From Longimicrobiales bacterium (GTDB taxonomy: Bacteria > Gemmatimonadota > Gemmatimonadetes > Longimicrobiales > Gaopeijiaceae), in NCBI GenBank assembly GCA_965219445.1, contig CBDCNQ010000005.1, positions 352,001-416,000 of the forward strand: a DNA stretch of 64,000 bases, in the 5' to 3' direction. Of the stretch, positions 9,320 through 19,605 are shown piece after piece. A program made the translations under genes and the position numbers. The notes beneath the pieces were generated by a model, which was not told the origin of the DNA, did no database searches, and was given only the letters and a program-made list of their open reading frames with translations. How positions within the stretch are numbered: the first letter of the stretch is position 1; the number at the start of each line of letters is the position of its first letter.

Positions 9320-10282
9320 ATGAAAACTAGCACCGGGCAACCGCTCTCACGACGGGCTGCTCTACGTAGCATGGGGGTCGGGATCGCCCTCATTACGAGC
9401 GTCGCAGCTGGCGGATGTGCATCGCAAGTAGACGATACGGCGCCACGGATCATTGTCTCAGGAGCCTCCGGTCAGGTCGGTGGCCTGGTAGTGGAGGCGC
9501 TGCTTGCTCGCGGAGTTCAACCCGCAGACCTCATCCTGGTGAGCCGAACGCCCGAGCGACTCGAACGATACGCAGAACTCGGGGCCAGCACCCGGTTTGG
9601 CGACTTCCTCCAACCCGAATCCCTGGAGACGGCCTACGAGGGCGGTGACCGGATGCTCCTGATCAGCCTCAACAGCAGCAACCCCGATCCACGAGTACCG
9701 GCGCAGCGTGTCGAGCTTCAGCAGACCGCGATCGACGTGGCCCTCGAGGCCGGGGTAGAGCACATCGTCTATACCTCAATCGTGGACGCTGACAACAGCG
9801 TGTCCCCGATTGCGGTATGGCACCGAGCGACGGAGGCAGACCTGCGGGAGAGCGGGGTCACTTGGACGGCGCTCAGGAACCAGTGGTATGCAGACGGACT
9901 CGTGACCCAGGCCGCTCGCATGGTTGAGGACCGTCGCGTGGTGGTGCTCCCGGACGATCCTGGGACCGCGTTCGTGACCCGCGAGGACTGTGCTGTTGCG
10001 GCAGCCGTTGCGCTCATGACGCCTGGCCACGAAAACCGAGTTTATGAGATCACTGGTCCGGCATTGGTCCGAATGCGCGACGTCGCCGCGATTGCCAGCG
10101 AGATCAGCGGTATCGAAATCGAGGTGATCGAGGCGGGGCCAGAGGACGAGGTTCGGGCACCTCGGCCTTCTGGAACCACCCTGTCAACTCACTTCAGGGA
10201 CCTCACTGGAGAGCCTGGCACGACAGCCCGAGACTTGTTGGAGGCGAACCGAGATGTGCTTCTGGAGGCCCGTGGGGGGTGA
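9320..10282 (+). CDS. NmrA/YtfG-like NAD(P)H-binding oxidoreductase with a Tat-lipoprotein-like signal
   Basis: SRRAALR...AGGC N-terminus; IVSGASGQVG, HIVYTS, LRNQWY, YEITGP. Confidence 0.85.
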   Translation: MKTSTGQPLSRRAALRSMGVGIALITSVAAGGCASQVDDTAPRIIVSGASGQVGGLVVEALLARGVQPADLILVSRTPERLERYAELGASTRFGDFLQPESLETAYEGGDRMLLISLNSSNPDPRVPAQRVELQQTAIDVALEAGVEHIVYTSIVDADNSVSPIAVWHRATEADLRESGVTWTALRNQWYADGLVTQAARMVEDRRVVVLPDDPGTAFVTREDCAVAAAVALMTPGHENRVYEITGPALVRMRDVAAIASEISGIEIEVIEAGPEDEVRAPRPSGTTLSTHFRDLTGEPGTTARDLLEANRDVLLEARGG

Positions 10283-10491
10283 GAGCCGGTGAAGTTTCCT
10301 GTTCAGTCGTTGAGCTCCCCGACGAACTCCTCCACGGAATCGGCTGGTGTCCGATGCTCGGGAGAGTCTAGAGACTGAACGCGCCCGTTGTCGAGAGCGG
10401 TTTTGAATTGACAGTCTTCTGGCTCACGACGACGTTGCCTCGCCGGGGGCGCCGCCCCAGCGGGACGACCGATCTCTAGGCGAGCGCGTCG

Positions 10492-11682
10492 ATGACGGAG
10501 AAGGAACCACATCAGAGTCCTGACGCTGGATCGGACGGCCGGGACACCCTGCCCCTGGAAGGAACTCTCGTGGTGGCCCTGGAGCAGGCTGTGGCCGCCC
10601 CCTTCGCCACCCGGAAGCTCGCGGACGCAGGCGCCCGGGTCATCAAGGTGGAACGAGCCGGCGGTGACTTCGCGCGGCGCTACGACGACGTGGCACGAGG
10701 CCAGAGCGCGTATTTCGTCTGGCTGAATCGGGGCAAGGAATCACTGGTCCTGGACATCAAGGATTCCGAGGACGCGGGCCTCCTGGCCCGAATCCTGGCC
10801 CGGGCCGACGTCTACATACAGAACCTGGGCCCGGGAGCGGCCACCCGGGCCGGCTTCGGCTCCGGAGCGCTGCGGGAACGACACCCGCGCCTCGTCACCT
10901 GCGACATCAGCGGCTACGGAGAAGAAGGTCCCTACGCCGAAATGAAGGCGTACGACAACCTGGTCCAGGGCGAGGCTGGCATCCATGGGGTCACCGGACA
11001 ACCAGACGCTCCGGCGAAGGTGGGGATCTCGATCTGCGACATCGGCGCTGGCATGTATGCCTACGGCTCCATCCTGGAGGCCCTTCTGCTCCGGGAGCGC
11101 ACCGGCCGGGGAGCGGGACTCGAGGTGTCTCTCTTCTCGGCCATGGGCGATTGGATGAGCGTGCCGTACCTCCACGCCGTCTACGGCGGGGAGGGTCCGA
11201 AGCGGATGGGCCTGAGCCATGCCTCCATCGCACCGTACGGAGCCTTCGCTTCCCGCGACGGTGAGCTGGTGTTGCTCTCGATCCAGAACGAACGGGAGTG
11301 GGAGCGCTTCAGCAAAGAGGTGCTCCAGCGACCCGGGATGGCGGAGGATCACCGTTTCCGGACCGGGGTGGACCGGGTGCGGAACCGTCCGGCGCTTCGC
11401 GAGGCGATCGAAGAGGTCTTCTCCTCCCTGACGACCGTCGAAGTCGTTGATCGCCTGCACGGTGCCCGGATCGCGTACGGCCGCCTCAACTCGGTGGAGG
11501 AGTTCGCCAGACATCCCCAGCTCCGGGTGCTGGAGATCGAGAGTCCCGGGGGGGCGATCGCGCTCCCGGCCGACCCGGTGCTCTGGAGCAGCGTCTGTGG
11601 ACGCCGGCAGCCGAGGGTTCCGGACATAGGCGAGCATTCCAATGCGATTCGAGATGAGTTCCGGGAGCAGAAGAAGGGATGA
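10492..11682 (+). CDS. Family III CoA-transferase (CaiB/BaiF)
   Basis: LEQAVAAPFATRKLADAGARVIKVE, NRGKES, KAYDNLVQGE. Confidence 0.93.
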   Translation: MTEKEPHQSPDAGSDGRDTLPLEGTLVVALEQAVAAPFATRKLADAGARVIKVERAGGDFARRYDDVARGQSAYFVWLNRGKESLVLDIKDSEDAGLLARILARADVYIQNLGPGAATRAGFGSGALRERHPRLVTCDISGYGEEGPYAEMKAYDNLVQGEAGIHGVTGQPDAPAKVGISICDIGAGMYAYGSILEALLLRERTGRGAGLEVSLFSAMGDWMSVPYLHAVYGGEGPKRMGLSHASIAPYGAFASRDGELVLLSIQNEREWERFSKEVLQRPGMAEDHRFRTGVDRVRNRPALREAIEEVFSSLTTVEVVDRLHGARIAYGRLNSVEEFARHPQLRVLEIESPGGAIALPADPVLWSSVCGRRQPRVPDIGEHSNAIRDEFREQKKG

Positions 11683-13118
11683 GAGTTCCTCCCTCGAGCG
11701 AGGAGCCGGCGATGCCCACCGTGCGGACCGGAAGGCTCGTAGCCGCGGCTCTCGTGGGTCTGGGGCTGTGGCTCCTTCCCGTGCCGGTCGGTGTCGAGCC
11801 AGGGGCGTGGAAGCTCCTGGCCATCTTCGTCGCCACCATCGTCGGAATCATCCTACGTCCCCTTCCCATGGGAGCGGTGGCTCTGGTGGCGACCGGGGTG
11901 GCGGTCCTGTCCCGCACTCTCACGATCGAGGAAGCCACAGCCGGCTTCGGAGCTCCAATCGTGTGGCTGGTGGTGGCCGCCTTCTTCATTGCCACAACCT
12001 TCATCCACACCGGTCTCGGCATCCGGATCGCGTATCACTTCATGCGGGTTCTGGGAAAGCATACTCTGGGCCTGGGCTATGGACTCGTGGCCACCGACCT
12101 GGTGCTTGCGCCGGCGATTCCGAGCAACACGGCCCGGGCCGGGGGAGTGGTCTTCCCGATCCTGCAGTCACTCTGCGCCTCGCTTCGAGCCGATTCCTCG
12201 TCGGACGCCCCGGGAGGCGTCGCCGGCTTCCTGACCTTCACGGCCTATCAGGGGACGTGCGTGACCAGCGCCATGTTCTTGACGGCCATGGTGGCGAATC
12301 CTTTGGCCGTGGAGCTGGCGGCGCAGCAGGGAGTCGAGATCACCTGGACCGGATGGGCCCTGGCCGCTTCACTCCCGGGGCTCGTCAGCCTGGTCCTCGT
12401 TCCGCTCTTGATCTACTCCCTCTATCCCGTGGAGACCAGGGAGACCCCGGAGGCGCCGGAGCTGGCGCGAAGGTACCTCCGCGAGATGGGTCCCATGGCC
12501 CGGAACGAGCGGATTCTCCTTGGTGTGTTCGTACTGCTCCTGGGCCTCTGGATCTTCGGCTCCACCCTCGGCATCGCCACCACGACAGCCGCCCTCGTCG
12601 GTGTGGGGGTGCTGCTTGTAACCGGAGCCCTACCGTGGGAAAAGGTGCTGCGCGAGAAGAGCGCCTGGGATACCCTGATCTGGTTCGCCGTGCTCGTGAT
12701 GATGGCGAGTCAGCTGGGTGAGCGGGGGTTGGTGGATTGGTTCAGCGAGCACGTGGCTTCGGTGATCGGAGGAGAGCGCTGGCTGCCCGCCTTTCTCGTC
12801 CTCTCCCTCATCTACTTCTACAGCCACTACTTCTTCGCCAGCAACACGGCTCATGTGAGTGCCATGTACGCGCCGTTCCTCGCCGTCGCCCTCGCCGTCG
12901 GCACCCCTCCGCTCTTCGCAGCCCTGGTGCTCGCTTACTTTAGCAACCTGTTCGCCTCGATGACGCACTACGGGACGGCTCCAGCTCCAATCTTCTTCGG
13001 ATCGGGAAGCGTAGAGGTCGGGACCTGGTGGAAGCTGGGAGCACTGATCAGCCTCGTGAACATCGCCATCTGGCTCGGGATCGGGAGCCTCTGGTGGAAG
13101 GCGCTCGGGATCTGGTGA
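11679..13118 (+). CDS. DASS-family di/tricarboxylate transporter
   Basis: PSNTAR, TSAMFLTAM..NPL, HYFFASNTAH, THYGTAPAP. Confidence 0.93.
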   Translation: MRVPPSSEEPAMPTVRTGRLVAAALVGLGLWLLPVPVGVEPGAWKLLAIFVATIVGIILRPLPMGAVALVATGVAVLSRTLTIEEATAGFGAPIVWLVVAAFFIATTFIHTGLGIRIAYHFMRVLGKHTLGLGYGLVATDLVLAPAIPSNTARAGGVVFPILQSLCASLRADSSSDAPGGVAGFLTFTAYQGTCVTSAMFLTAMVANPLAVELAAQQGVEITWTGWALAASLPGLVSLVLVPLLIYSLYPVETRETPEAPELARRYLREMGPMARNERILLGVFVLLLGLWIFGSTLGIATTTAALVGVGVLLVTGALPWEKVLREKSAWDTLIWFAVLVMMASQLGERGLVDWFSEHVASVIGGERWLPAFLVLSLIYFYSHYFFASNTAHVSAMYAPFLAVALAVGTPPLFAALVLAYFSNLFASMTHYGTAPAPIFFGSGSVEVGTWWKLGALISLVNIAIWLGIGSLWWKALGIW

Positions 13119-13156
13119 CCGCGACGGCGTTCCGACCGAGGCCGATTCCGACCGGG

Positions 13157-14017
13157 TCAAGACGACGGCTCTTCGGCGTCGCAGAGGATCCGCTCGGCCA
13201 TCAGGATGAGCGGGCGATCGATCATCTGGCCGTCGAGCGCGACCGCCGACCCCCTCGAGCTCGCGACCGCATCCAGAACCCGTTTCGCCCAATCGATCTC
13301 CTCCTGGCTCGGTCGGAAGCAGTCGTTCACGGGACCGATCTGGTTCGGGTGGATGCACAGCGTTCCACCGAAGCCGAGGCGTCGACCGCGACGGGTGTGG
13401 GCGCGCAGCCCCTCCTCGTCGTCGATTTCCGTCCAGACGCCGTCCACCGGCGGCTGAATACCCGCTAGGCGCGACACCAGGACCAGGTGCGAGCGAAAGG
13501 TGAGAAGCTCCTCGCCGTCGCCCTCTATGCCCAGGTCGTGCTGGAAGTCCAAGGAGCCGAACACGAGTCGCTGTACGCTCGGCTCGTGAGCGATCTCCAT
13601 GGCCCGGTGCATCCCCATCGCCGATTCGATCATGGGAAGGACCGGGACCTCCGGTCCGGTCCGTTCCCCGACGCGGCGTACCTCTTCGACGACCTCGACC
13701 TTGGGAAGGACCACCGCGGAAACCCCCGAAAGGCTGGCGAGCGCGAGGTCTTCCTGAAACCACTCGGACCCGGCGGCGTTGATGCGCAGCAGCACCGGGT
13801 GGGAGGAATCGAGCCACGCGCCGGCGGCCTCTCGGGCTCGTCCTTTGTCGCCGGGTCCGACGGCATCCTCCAGGTCGACGATGACCGCGTGCGCCTCCGA
13901 AGCGTACGCCTTCTCGTACAGATCCGGGCGGTTTCCGGGGACGAAGAGGAAGGAGCGGGCAATCGGCTGCACGAAAGAGCGCGTCGGCGTGCCTTCGGAT
14001 GGTTCGGGCGGCTCCAC
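13157..14017 (-). CDS. CitE/HpcH-family CoA-ester lyase (citramalyl-/malyl-CoA lyase-like); start uncertain
   Basis: RSFLFVPGNRP, DLEDAV, LPK, FGSLD, CIHPNQ, MIDRP. Confidence 0.9.
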   Translation of the reverse strand: MEPPEPSEGTPTRSFVQPIARSFLFVPGNRPDLYEKAYASEAHAVIVDLEDAVGPGDKGRAREAAGAWLDSSHPVLLRINAAGSEWFQEDLALASLSGVSAVVLPKVEVVEEVRRVGERTGPEVPVLPMIESAMGMHRAMEIAHEPSVQRLVFGSLDFQHDLGIEGDGEELLTFRSHLVLVSRLAGIQPPVDGVWTEIDDEEGLRAHTRRGRRLGFGGTLCIHPNQIGPVNDCFRPSQEEIDWAKRVLDAVASSRGSAVALDGQMIDRPLILMAERILCDAEEPSS

Positions 14018-14022
14018 CGGGC

Positions 14023-15549
14023 TCAGCCGGTGGGCCCGGAGAGCTGCACGAGCCGCTGGCGCCACCGGGCGGGGGCCGTCTCGTGCACCGAGGAGCCGTT
14101 CGCGTCCACCGCGACAGTCACTGGCATGTTCTCCACCTCGAACTCGTAGATCGCCTCCATTCCCAGCTCTGGAAAGGCCACGAGGCGCGAGGAGCGAATC
14201 GCCTTCGAGACCAGGTAGGCCGCGCCGCCGACGGCGACGAGGTACACGGCCCCGTGTCTCCGGATGGCCTCGACGGCGGTGGGGCCGCGCTCGCCCTTCC
14301 CGATCATCCCGAGCAGGCCGGTCGTCTCCAGCATGATCTCGGTGAACTTGTCCATGCGGGTCGCGGTCGTGGGACCGGCGGGGCCCACGACCTCGTCTCG
14401 CACGGGATCCACGGGTCCGACGTAGTAGATGAACCGGTCGGTGAAGTCGACTCCCGGGGGAAGGTCCTCCCCCCGGGCGAGCAGGTCGACGATCCGCTTG
14501 TGAGCGGCGTCACGCCCCGTCAGAATCCTGCCCGAGATGAGGAGCATGTCGCCGGCCTTCCAGTCGACCATCTCGGCGCGCGTCACGCCGTCGAGGTGCA
14601 CCGGGCGGGCCGTGGGCGCAGGTGCCCACTCGACCTCCGGCCAGTCCGCTGGATCGACGGGCGGGAGCTCGGCTGGCCCCGTGCCGTCCAGGACGAAGTG
14701 GGCGTGCCGCGTGGCCGCGCAGTTGGGAATGATGGCGACGGGAAGCGAGCCGGCGTGCGTGGGGTGGTCGCGGATCTTCACATCGAGCACAGTGGTCAGG
14801 CCACCCAAGCCCTGCGCCCCGATTCCGAGGGCGTTGACCCTGTCGTGGATCTCGACGCGCAGCTCCTCGAGCCGGTTCCGGGGACCCCGCTCCTTCAGCT
14901 CGTGCATGTCGATGGGGTCCAGCGCCGCCTCCTTCGCGAGGAGCATCGCCTTCTCGGCGCTCCCACCGACGCCGATCCCGAGGATCCCCGGCGGGCACCA
15001 GCCAGCCCCCATTTCCGGGACCACCTTCAGGACCCACTCGACCACGTCGTCGCTGGGGTTCAGGGTCGTGAACTTGGCCTTGTTCTCCGAGCCGGCACCC
15101 TTCGCCGCCACCTTCACCTCCACCGTGGAGCCCGGAACGAGCTCGACGTGGACGATCGCGGGCGTATTGTCGCCCGTATTGCCCCGCCTCCCCAGCGGAT
15201 CGGCGACCACAGAGGGCCGTAGAACGTTTTCCGGGTCGAGGTAGGCGCGCCGAACCGCTTCATTCACCATCTGCTCCACGCTTCCCGCGCCTTCCCACGC
15301 TACCCCCATCCCGATCTTCAGGAAGACCACCACGAGTCCCGTGTCCTGACAGACGGGCCGGTGTCCCTCGGCGCACATGCGTGAGTTGGTCAGGATCTGT
15401 GCGATGGCGTCCCGGGCGGCCGGCGACTCCTCACGCAGATACGCCTCGCCGAGCGCCCGGATGTAGTCACGGGGGTGGTAGTAGGAGATGTGCTGGAGGG
15501 CGTCGGCGACGCTGCCGATGAAGTCGTCCTCTCGGATCTTCACGCTCAT
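14023..15549 (-). CDS. Class I (Fe-S) fumarate hydratase
   Basis: PVCQDTG, KGAGSEN, GWCPPG, NCAATRH, GRDAAH, GPTTATRMD, GMEAIY. Confidence 0.95.
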   Translation of the reverse strand: MSVKIREDDFIGSVADALQHISYYHPRDYIRALGEAYLREESPAARDAIAQILTNSRMCAEGHRPVCQDTGLVVVFLKIGMGVAWEGAGSVEQMVNEAVRRAYLDPENVLRPSVVADPLGRRGNTGDNTPAIVHVELVPGSTVEVKVAAKGAGSENKAKFTTLNPSDDVVEWVLKVVPEMGAGWCPPGILGIGVGGSAEKAMLLAKEAALDPIDMHELKERGPRNRLEELRVEIHDRVNALGIGAQGLGGLTTVLDVKIRDHPTHAGSLPVAIIPNCAATRHAHFVLDGTGPAELPPVDPADWPEVEWAPAPTARPVHLDGVTRAEMVDWKAGDMLLISGRILTGRDAAHKRIVDLLARGEDLPPGVDFTDRFIYYVGPVDPVRDEVVGPAGPTTATRMDKFTEIMLETTGLLGMIGKGERGPTAVEAIRRHGAVYLVAVGGAAYLVSKAIRSSRLVAFPELGMEAIYEFEVENMPVTVAVDANGSSVHETAPARWRQRLVQLSGPTG

Positions 15550-15767
15550 TGCACCTCTCCGGCCCGGGTCCTCAATGCTGTCCTCACAACGACGTCGCCC
15601 CGATATGGTCCCGCGACGGACCCAGGGTGGCTTTTACCGGAGCGGCGTCGGCGACCTTATCTATATAAACGAGTATCCGAAGTGGCCAGCACAGAGAGCG
15701 CTTGCGCCTAACGGCCTGCTCTCGGATGTTGACCTCGGTCTGATCTTCCCATGCCGAGGACATCACT

Positions 15768-15812
15768 GTGTACGACCCCGTCACCCGCCTGAACGCTGCC
15801 CGGGAGGCATAG
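15768..15812 (+). pseudogene. Ser/Thr kinase 5' stub
   Basis: GAGGA RBS, then GTG YDPVTRLNAAREA*, ending directly at the ATG of the full kinase. Confidence 0.6.
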
Positions 15813-18494
15813 ATGACCGAAGGCCACACCGACCGCCTGGAAGCCGCGCTGGACGGTAAGTACCGCATCGAGCGGAAGCTCGGTGAGGGTGGGATGGCGT
15901 CGGTCTATCTGGCGGAGGACATCAAGCACAAGCGTAAGGTCGCGCTCAAGATCCTGAAGCCCGAGCTGGCGGCCGTGATCGGGGCCGAACGTTTCCTCTC
16001 GGAGATCCGGACCACCGCGAACCTTCAGCACCCTCACATCCTGGCGCTGTTCGATTCAGAGAGCGCCGACGGCTACCTCTACTACGTGATGCCGTTCATC
16101 GACGGCGAGACGCTGGAGGACAAGCTCGAGCGCGAGAGGCAGCTGGGTGTGGATGAAGCGGTCAGGATCGCGCGTGACGTGGCCGACGCGCTCGACTACG
16201 CGCACCGGCAGGGGGTGATCCACCGCGACATCAAGCCGGGCAACGTCCTGCTGCACGACGGCCGGCCAGTGGTGGCGGACTTCGGGATCGCGCTCGCGGT
16301 GAGCGCGGCGGGTGGCGGCAGGATGACCGAGACGGGCCTGAGTCTCGGCACGCCGCACTACATGAGCCCCGAGCAAGCGAGCGCAGACCGCGACCTGTCT
16401 GCCCGCAGCGATGTCTACAGCCTCGGGTGCGTGCTGTACGAGATGATCGCGGGCCAACCGCCGCACACGGGTCCGAGCGCCCAGTCAATCCTGGTCAGGA
16501 TTCTCACGGACACCCCACGGCCACTTACGGAGCTCAGGCACACCGTCCCACCTCACGTGGCCGCGACGGTCGCGAAGGCGCTCGAGAAGCTCCCGGCCGA
16601 CCGCTTCGAGACGGCAAAGTCGTTCCTGGAGGCGCTCGAGGACGAAGGGTTCGCCTACGAGCCCAAGGCGTTCACGAAGGCGGCGACGCCGGCGGCACCG
16701 CCGCCTGATGCGGCTCCGGCCCGACGCCCGACCTGGCAGTCGGTCTTGCCGTGGGCGGCGGCCGGCGTGCTCGCCATCGCCGCGGGGGCCTCCTGGCTCC
16801 AGCCCGATCCGCCCACGCTCGTGCAGCGCTTCCCGCTGGCCCTCGGTGACTTCGGGTACGGTGCGGGACCAGCGTTCGCGATCTCGCCGGATGGATCGAC
16901 GATCGCCTACATCGGTGTGGACCAGCTACTCTACTGGCGGTTGATCTCCTCGCTGGAGGCGCAGGTGGTGCCAGGAAGCGAGCAGTCGCGCAGCCCCTTC
17001 TTCTCGCCGGACGGCCGCACGATCGGCTATACGATCGGGCCGGTGGCCGACGACCGCATCCGCACGATGTCGCTGGACGGGGCTCCTCCGCGCACGCTCA
17101 CGCCGGACCACTTTCCGGGCGGCACCTGGGGCTATGACGGTTTCGTCTACTACGTGGACCTCGCCGGAGCGTTGTGGCGCGTGTCCGAGCAGGGCGGCGA
17201 CCCGGAGCTCTTGGCCGAGGCGAGCGATGACCTCCAGTTCAGGTGGCCGGACGCTCTTCCGGGCGGGCGCGCATTGCTCGTCGCCTCGCTCGGAGGGACG
17301 GTGTCGACCTTCGACTTGGAGTCCCGTGAGGCGACCCCGTTGCTTGCGGCGGGCATCGCGAGGTACGCCGGTGGCCACGTCTTCTGGGTGGACGCCGAGG
17401 GAACGCTCTTCGCCGCACCATTCGACCCAGGCACTCTGGAGCTGACGGGCGCGGGGGTGGAGCTGGCCGACGGCGTGCAAGCCAGCCTCCAGGGCTCCTT
17501 CGACTTCGCGGTCTCCGAGAACGGGACGTTGATCTATTCGACGGGTACGGGCGGATCGTCAGCCGGCGGCGGCCTCGTATGGGTGGACCGCGACGAGCAG
17601 GCTTCCGTGATCGATCCCCGGATCGCATCGGAGTTGATAGACATCGACAACCTTGCCTTGTCCCCGGATGGCCGCTTCGTCGCCCTCGAGGTGCAGACAG
17701 AACCAGCACCCGTGGAGGGCGCCCCTGCCCAGATCTGGGTCTACGATCTCGACCAGGGCGTATTCACACGGCTGACGTTCCAGGGTACCCGGAACGCGCA
17801 GCCGCGGTGGATGCCCGATGGCCGCGCGGTGGCGTACCTGTCGGATCAAGGCGAAGGCCCCACGGCCATCTGGTCCCAGCCCTACGACCGGACCGGGACA
17901 GACCAACTGCTGTTTCAGGCCGAGTGGGACATCACAGGGTTCGACGTCGCTCTGGTCGAGGGACTACCGCTCATCGTGGGTGGAAATGGTGGCCAGTGGC
18001 TGGCGCAGCCCGGGGGCTCGACGGTCGAGCCCTTCCTGGTGACAGACTTCGTGGAGTGGCGGCCCCGCATTTCGCCAGACGGCCGGTGGGTCGCTTACGA
18101 GTCCGACGAGTCCGGAAACCGTGAGGTGTACGTCCGCTCGTTCCCCGAGGGGGGACGTCCGTGGTCGATCTCGCGCGGGGCTGGGCAGATCCCGATGTGG
18201 AGTCGGTCGGGCGAAGAGATTGTTTACGGAGCACTAGGACAGGGTCTCCTGGCCGCTACCGTGGAGTTGAGTGAAGAGGTCCGGGTCTCCTCTACGAGTG
18301 TACTCCTTTCCAACCTGACTCCGTTCGAGCCGTCGGTCCCGACCCGTCCGTCCGCCTCGTACGACGTGTCGCTGGACGGCGAGCAGCTACTCCTCATCGC
18401 TAGTTCCGGGACGGGCGCGACAGGTGGCAGGGCAGAGGGCAACGTGCTCGTGCTCAACGTGTTCGAGGAGCTTCACCAGCGCACGGGGAACTGA
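15813..18494 (+). CDS. Hanks-type Ser/Thr kinase with TM helix and TolB/PD40 beta-propeller
   Basis: GEGGM, VALK, HRDIKPGN, DFG, GTPHYMSPEQ; multiple SPDG repeats. Confidence 0.95.
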   Translation: MTEGHTDRLEAALDGKYRIERKLGEGGMASVYLAEDIKHKRKVALKILKPELAAVIGAERFLSEIRTTANLQHPHILALFDSESADGYLYYVMPFIDGETLEDKLERERQLGVDEAVRIARDVADALDYAHRQGVIHRDIKPGNVLLHDGRPVVADFGIALAVSAAGGGRMTETGLSLGTPHYMSPEQASADRDLSARSDVYSLGCVLYEMIAGQPPHTGPSAQSILVRILTDTPRPLTELRHTVPPHVAATVAKALEKLPADRFETAKSFLEALEDEGFAYEPKAFTKAATPAAPPPDAAPARRPTWQSVLPWAAAGVLAIAAGASWLQPDPPTLVQRFPLALGDFGYGAGPAFAISPDGSTIAYIGVDQLLYWRLISSLEAQVVPGSEQSRSPFFSPDGRTIGYTIGPVADDRIRTMSLDGAPPRTLTPDHFPGGTWGYDGFVYYVDLAGALWRVSEQGGDPELLAEASDDLQFRWPDALPGGRALLVASLGGTVSTFDLESREATPLLAAGIARYAGGHVFWVDAEGTLFAAPFDPGTLELTGAGVELADGVQASLQGSFDFAVSENGTLIYSTGTGGSSAGGGLVWVDRDEQASVIDPRIASELIDIDNLALSPDGRFVALEVQTEPAPVEGAPAQIWVYDLDQGVFTRLTFQGTRNAQPRWMPDGRAVAYLSDQGEGPTAIWSQPYDRTGTDQLLFQAEWDITGFDVALVEGLPLIVGGNGGQWLAQPGGSTVEPFLVTDFVEWRPRISPDGRWVAYESDESGNREVYVRSFPEGGRPWSISRGAGQIPMWSRSGEEIVYGALGQGLLAATVELSEEVRVSSTSVLLSNLTPFEPSVPTRPSASYDVSLDGEQLLLIASSGTGATGGRAEGNVLVLNVFEELHQRTGN

Positions 18495-18703
18495 TGTCTG
18501 ATCCCGTCGCCCGGCTGAACGCAGCCCTCGAAGGCCGCTACGCGATAGAGCGTGAGTTGGGCGAGGGCGGCATGGCGACGGTCTACCTGGCCGATGACCT
18601 CAAGCACGAGCGCAAGGTCGCCCTCAAGGTCTTGAAGCCGGAACTCGCGGCAGTCGTCGGCGCCGAGCGCTTCCTGGCCGAGATCAAGACGACGGCGAAC
18701 CTG
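18494..18703 (+). pseudogene. Truncated Ser/Thr kinase (about 70 aa)
   Basis: MSDPVARLNAALEG...EIKTTANL, then homology to 15813 stops. Confidence 0.85.
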
Positions 18704-18747
18704 ACTCGCGAGGCCGTGCCCAGGCCAAGGTGCGCGCGCTCGCCCCC

Positions 18748-19605
18748 CTACCCCGAGGTCAAGCGCGCCGTAAAGGTCCCCTCACTGGAGGTAAACGCCG
18801 AGAACACGCCCAACCCACCCCGGACATTGCTGGGTGGCTCGTTGAGGTCGCGGGAGTCCTGCACTCGACCCTCATAGAGATCGGCGTATTCCTGATTCAC
18901 GTGGTATAGGCGAATACGATGCTCGCCGAGGTGGGTGAGGGAGAGCTGGCTTACCGTGGTGCTGTCCGCGGGCGTAGGTGTCGACACGAAGCGCCTCGCC
19001 TGTCCGATGAATTCCGGGGCCGGGATCTGCTCCGGATCGGTCTCGAGGTTGTCCACCACCACGAAGAACAGATCCCGCTCAGGGTTGATCCAGCGGACGA
19101 CGAGGCCACCGAAGGCCAGGCCGCCCGGGCCGCCGCCCCGCCCGCCGAATCCCCCGAACCCAGCGGTGAGGTCCACCACCTCCAAGACATTGGACGACAC
19201 AGCGAATCCCTCCGGTGGAGACGGCACCACGGTCGTTGCCGAGATGCTCTCGGAGCCACGGGAGATGCCCAACTCGAAGACTTCGCCCGCCCCGACCACG
19301 AGATCCGAACCCGGATAGTGATACGTTCCCGCCGCTCCCGGAGTGGCGATCAAGTCGAAGCGAACGTCGCCACGCTCCAGCCAGACCGTGGCATCGCTCA
19401 CGGGCATGCCGAGCGTGTCCTCAGACACCAACGGGACCGTGGTCGTGATGCGGATATCGGCCACGGGCTCGCCGGCGAACAGGAAGGCCCGAACCACGAG
19501 AATATCTCCCTCGGGGCCCACCGGATCGGAGTCGGTGCAGGCCTGCGCCGCCAGCACTCCGACCATCGCCAAAGCCCAAGCTAGATAGGGTCTCATCTGT
19601 GCCAT
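18748..19605 (-). CDS. DUF4249-like lipoprotein
   Basis: Lipobox AAQAC; C-terminal PSNVRGGLGVFSAF; follows a TonB receptor. Confidence 0.75.
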   Translation of the reverse strand: MAQMRPYLAWALAMVGVLAAQACTDSDPVGPEGDILVVRAFLFAGEPVADIRITTTVPLVSEDTLGMPVSDATVWLERGDVRFDLIATPGAAGTYHYPGSDLVVGAGEVFELGISRGSESISATTVVPSPPEGFAVSSNVLEVVDLTAGFGGFGGRGGGPGGLAFGGLVVRWINPERDLFFVVVDNLETDPEQIPAPEFIGQARRFVSTPTPADSTTVSQLSLTHLGEHRIRLYHVNQEYADLYEGRVQDSRDLNEPPSNVRGGLGVFSAFTSSEGTFTARLTSG

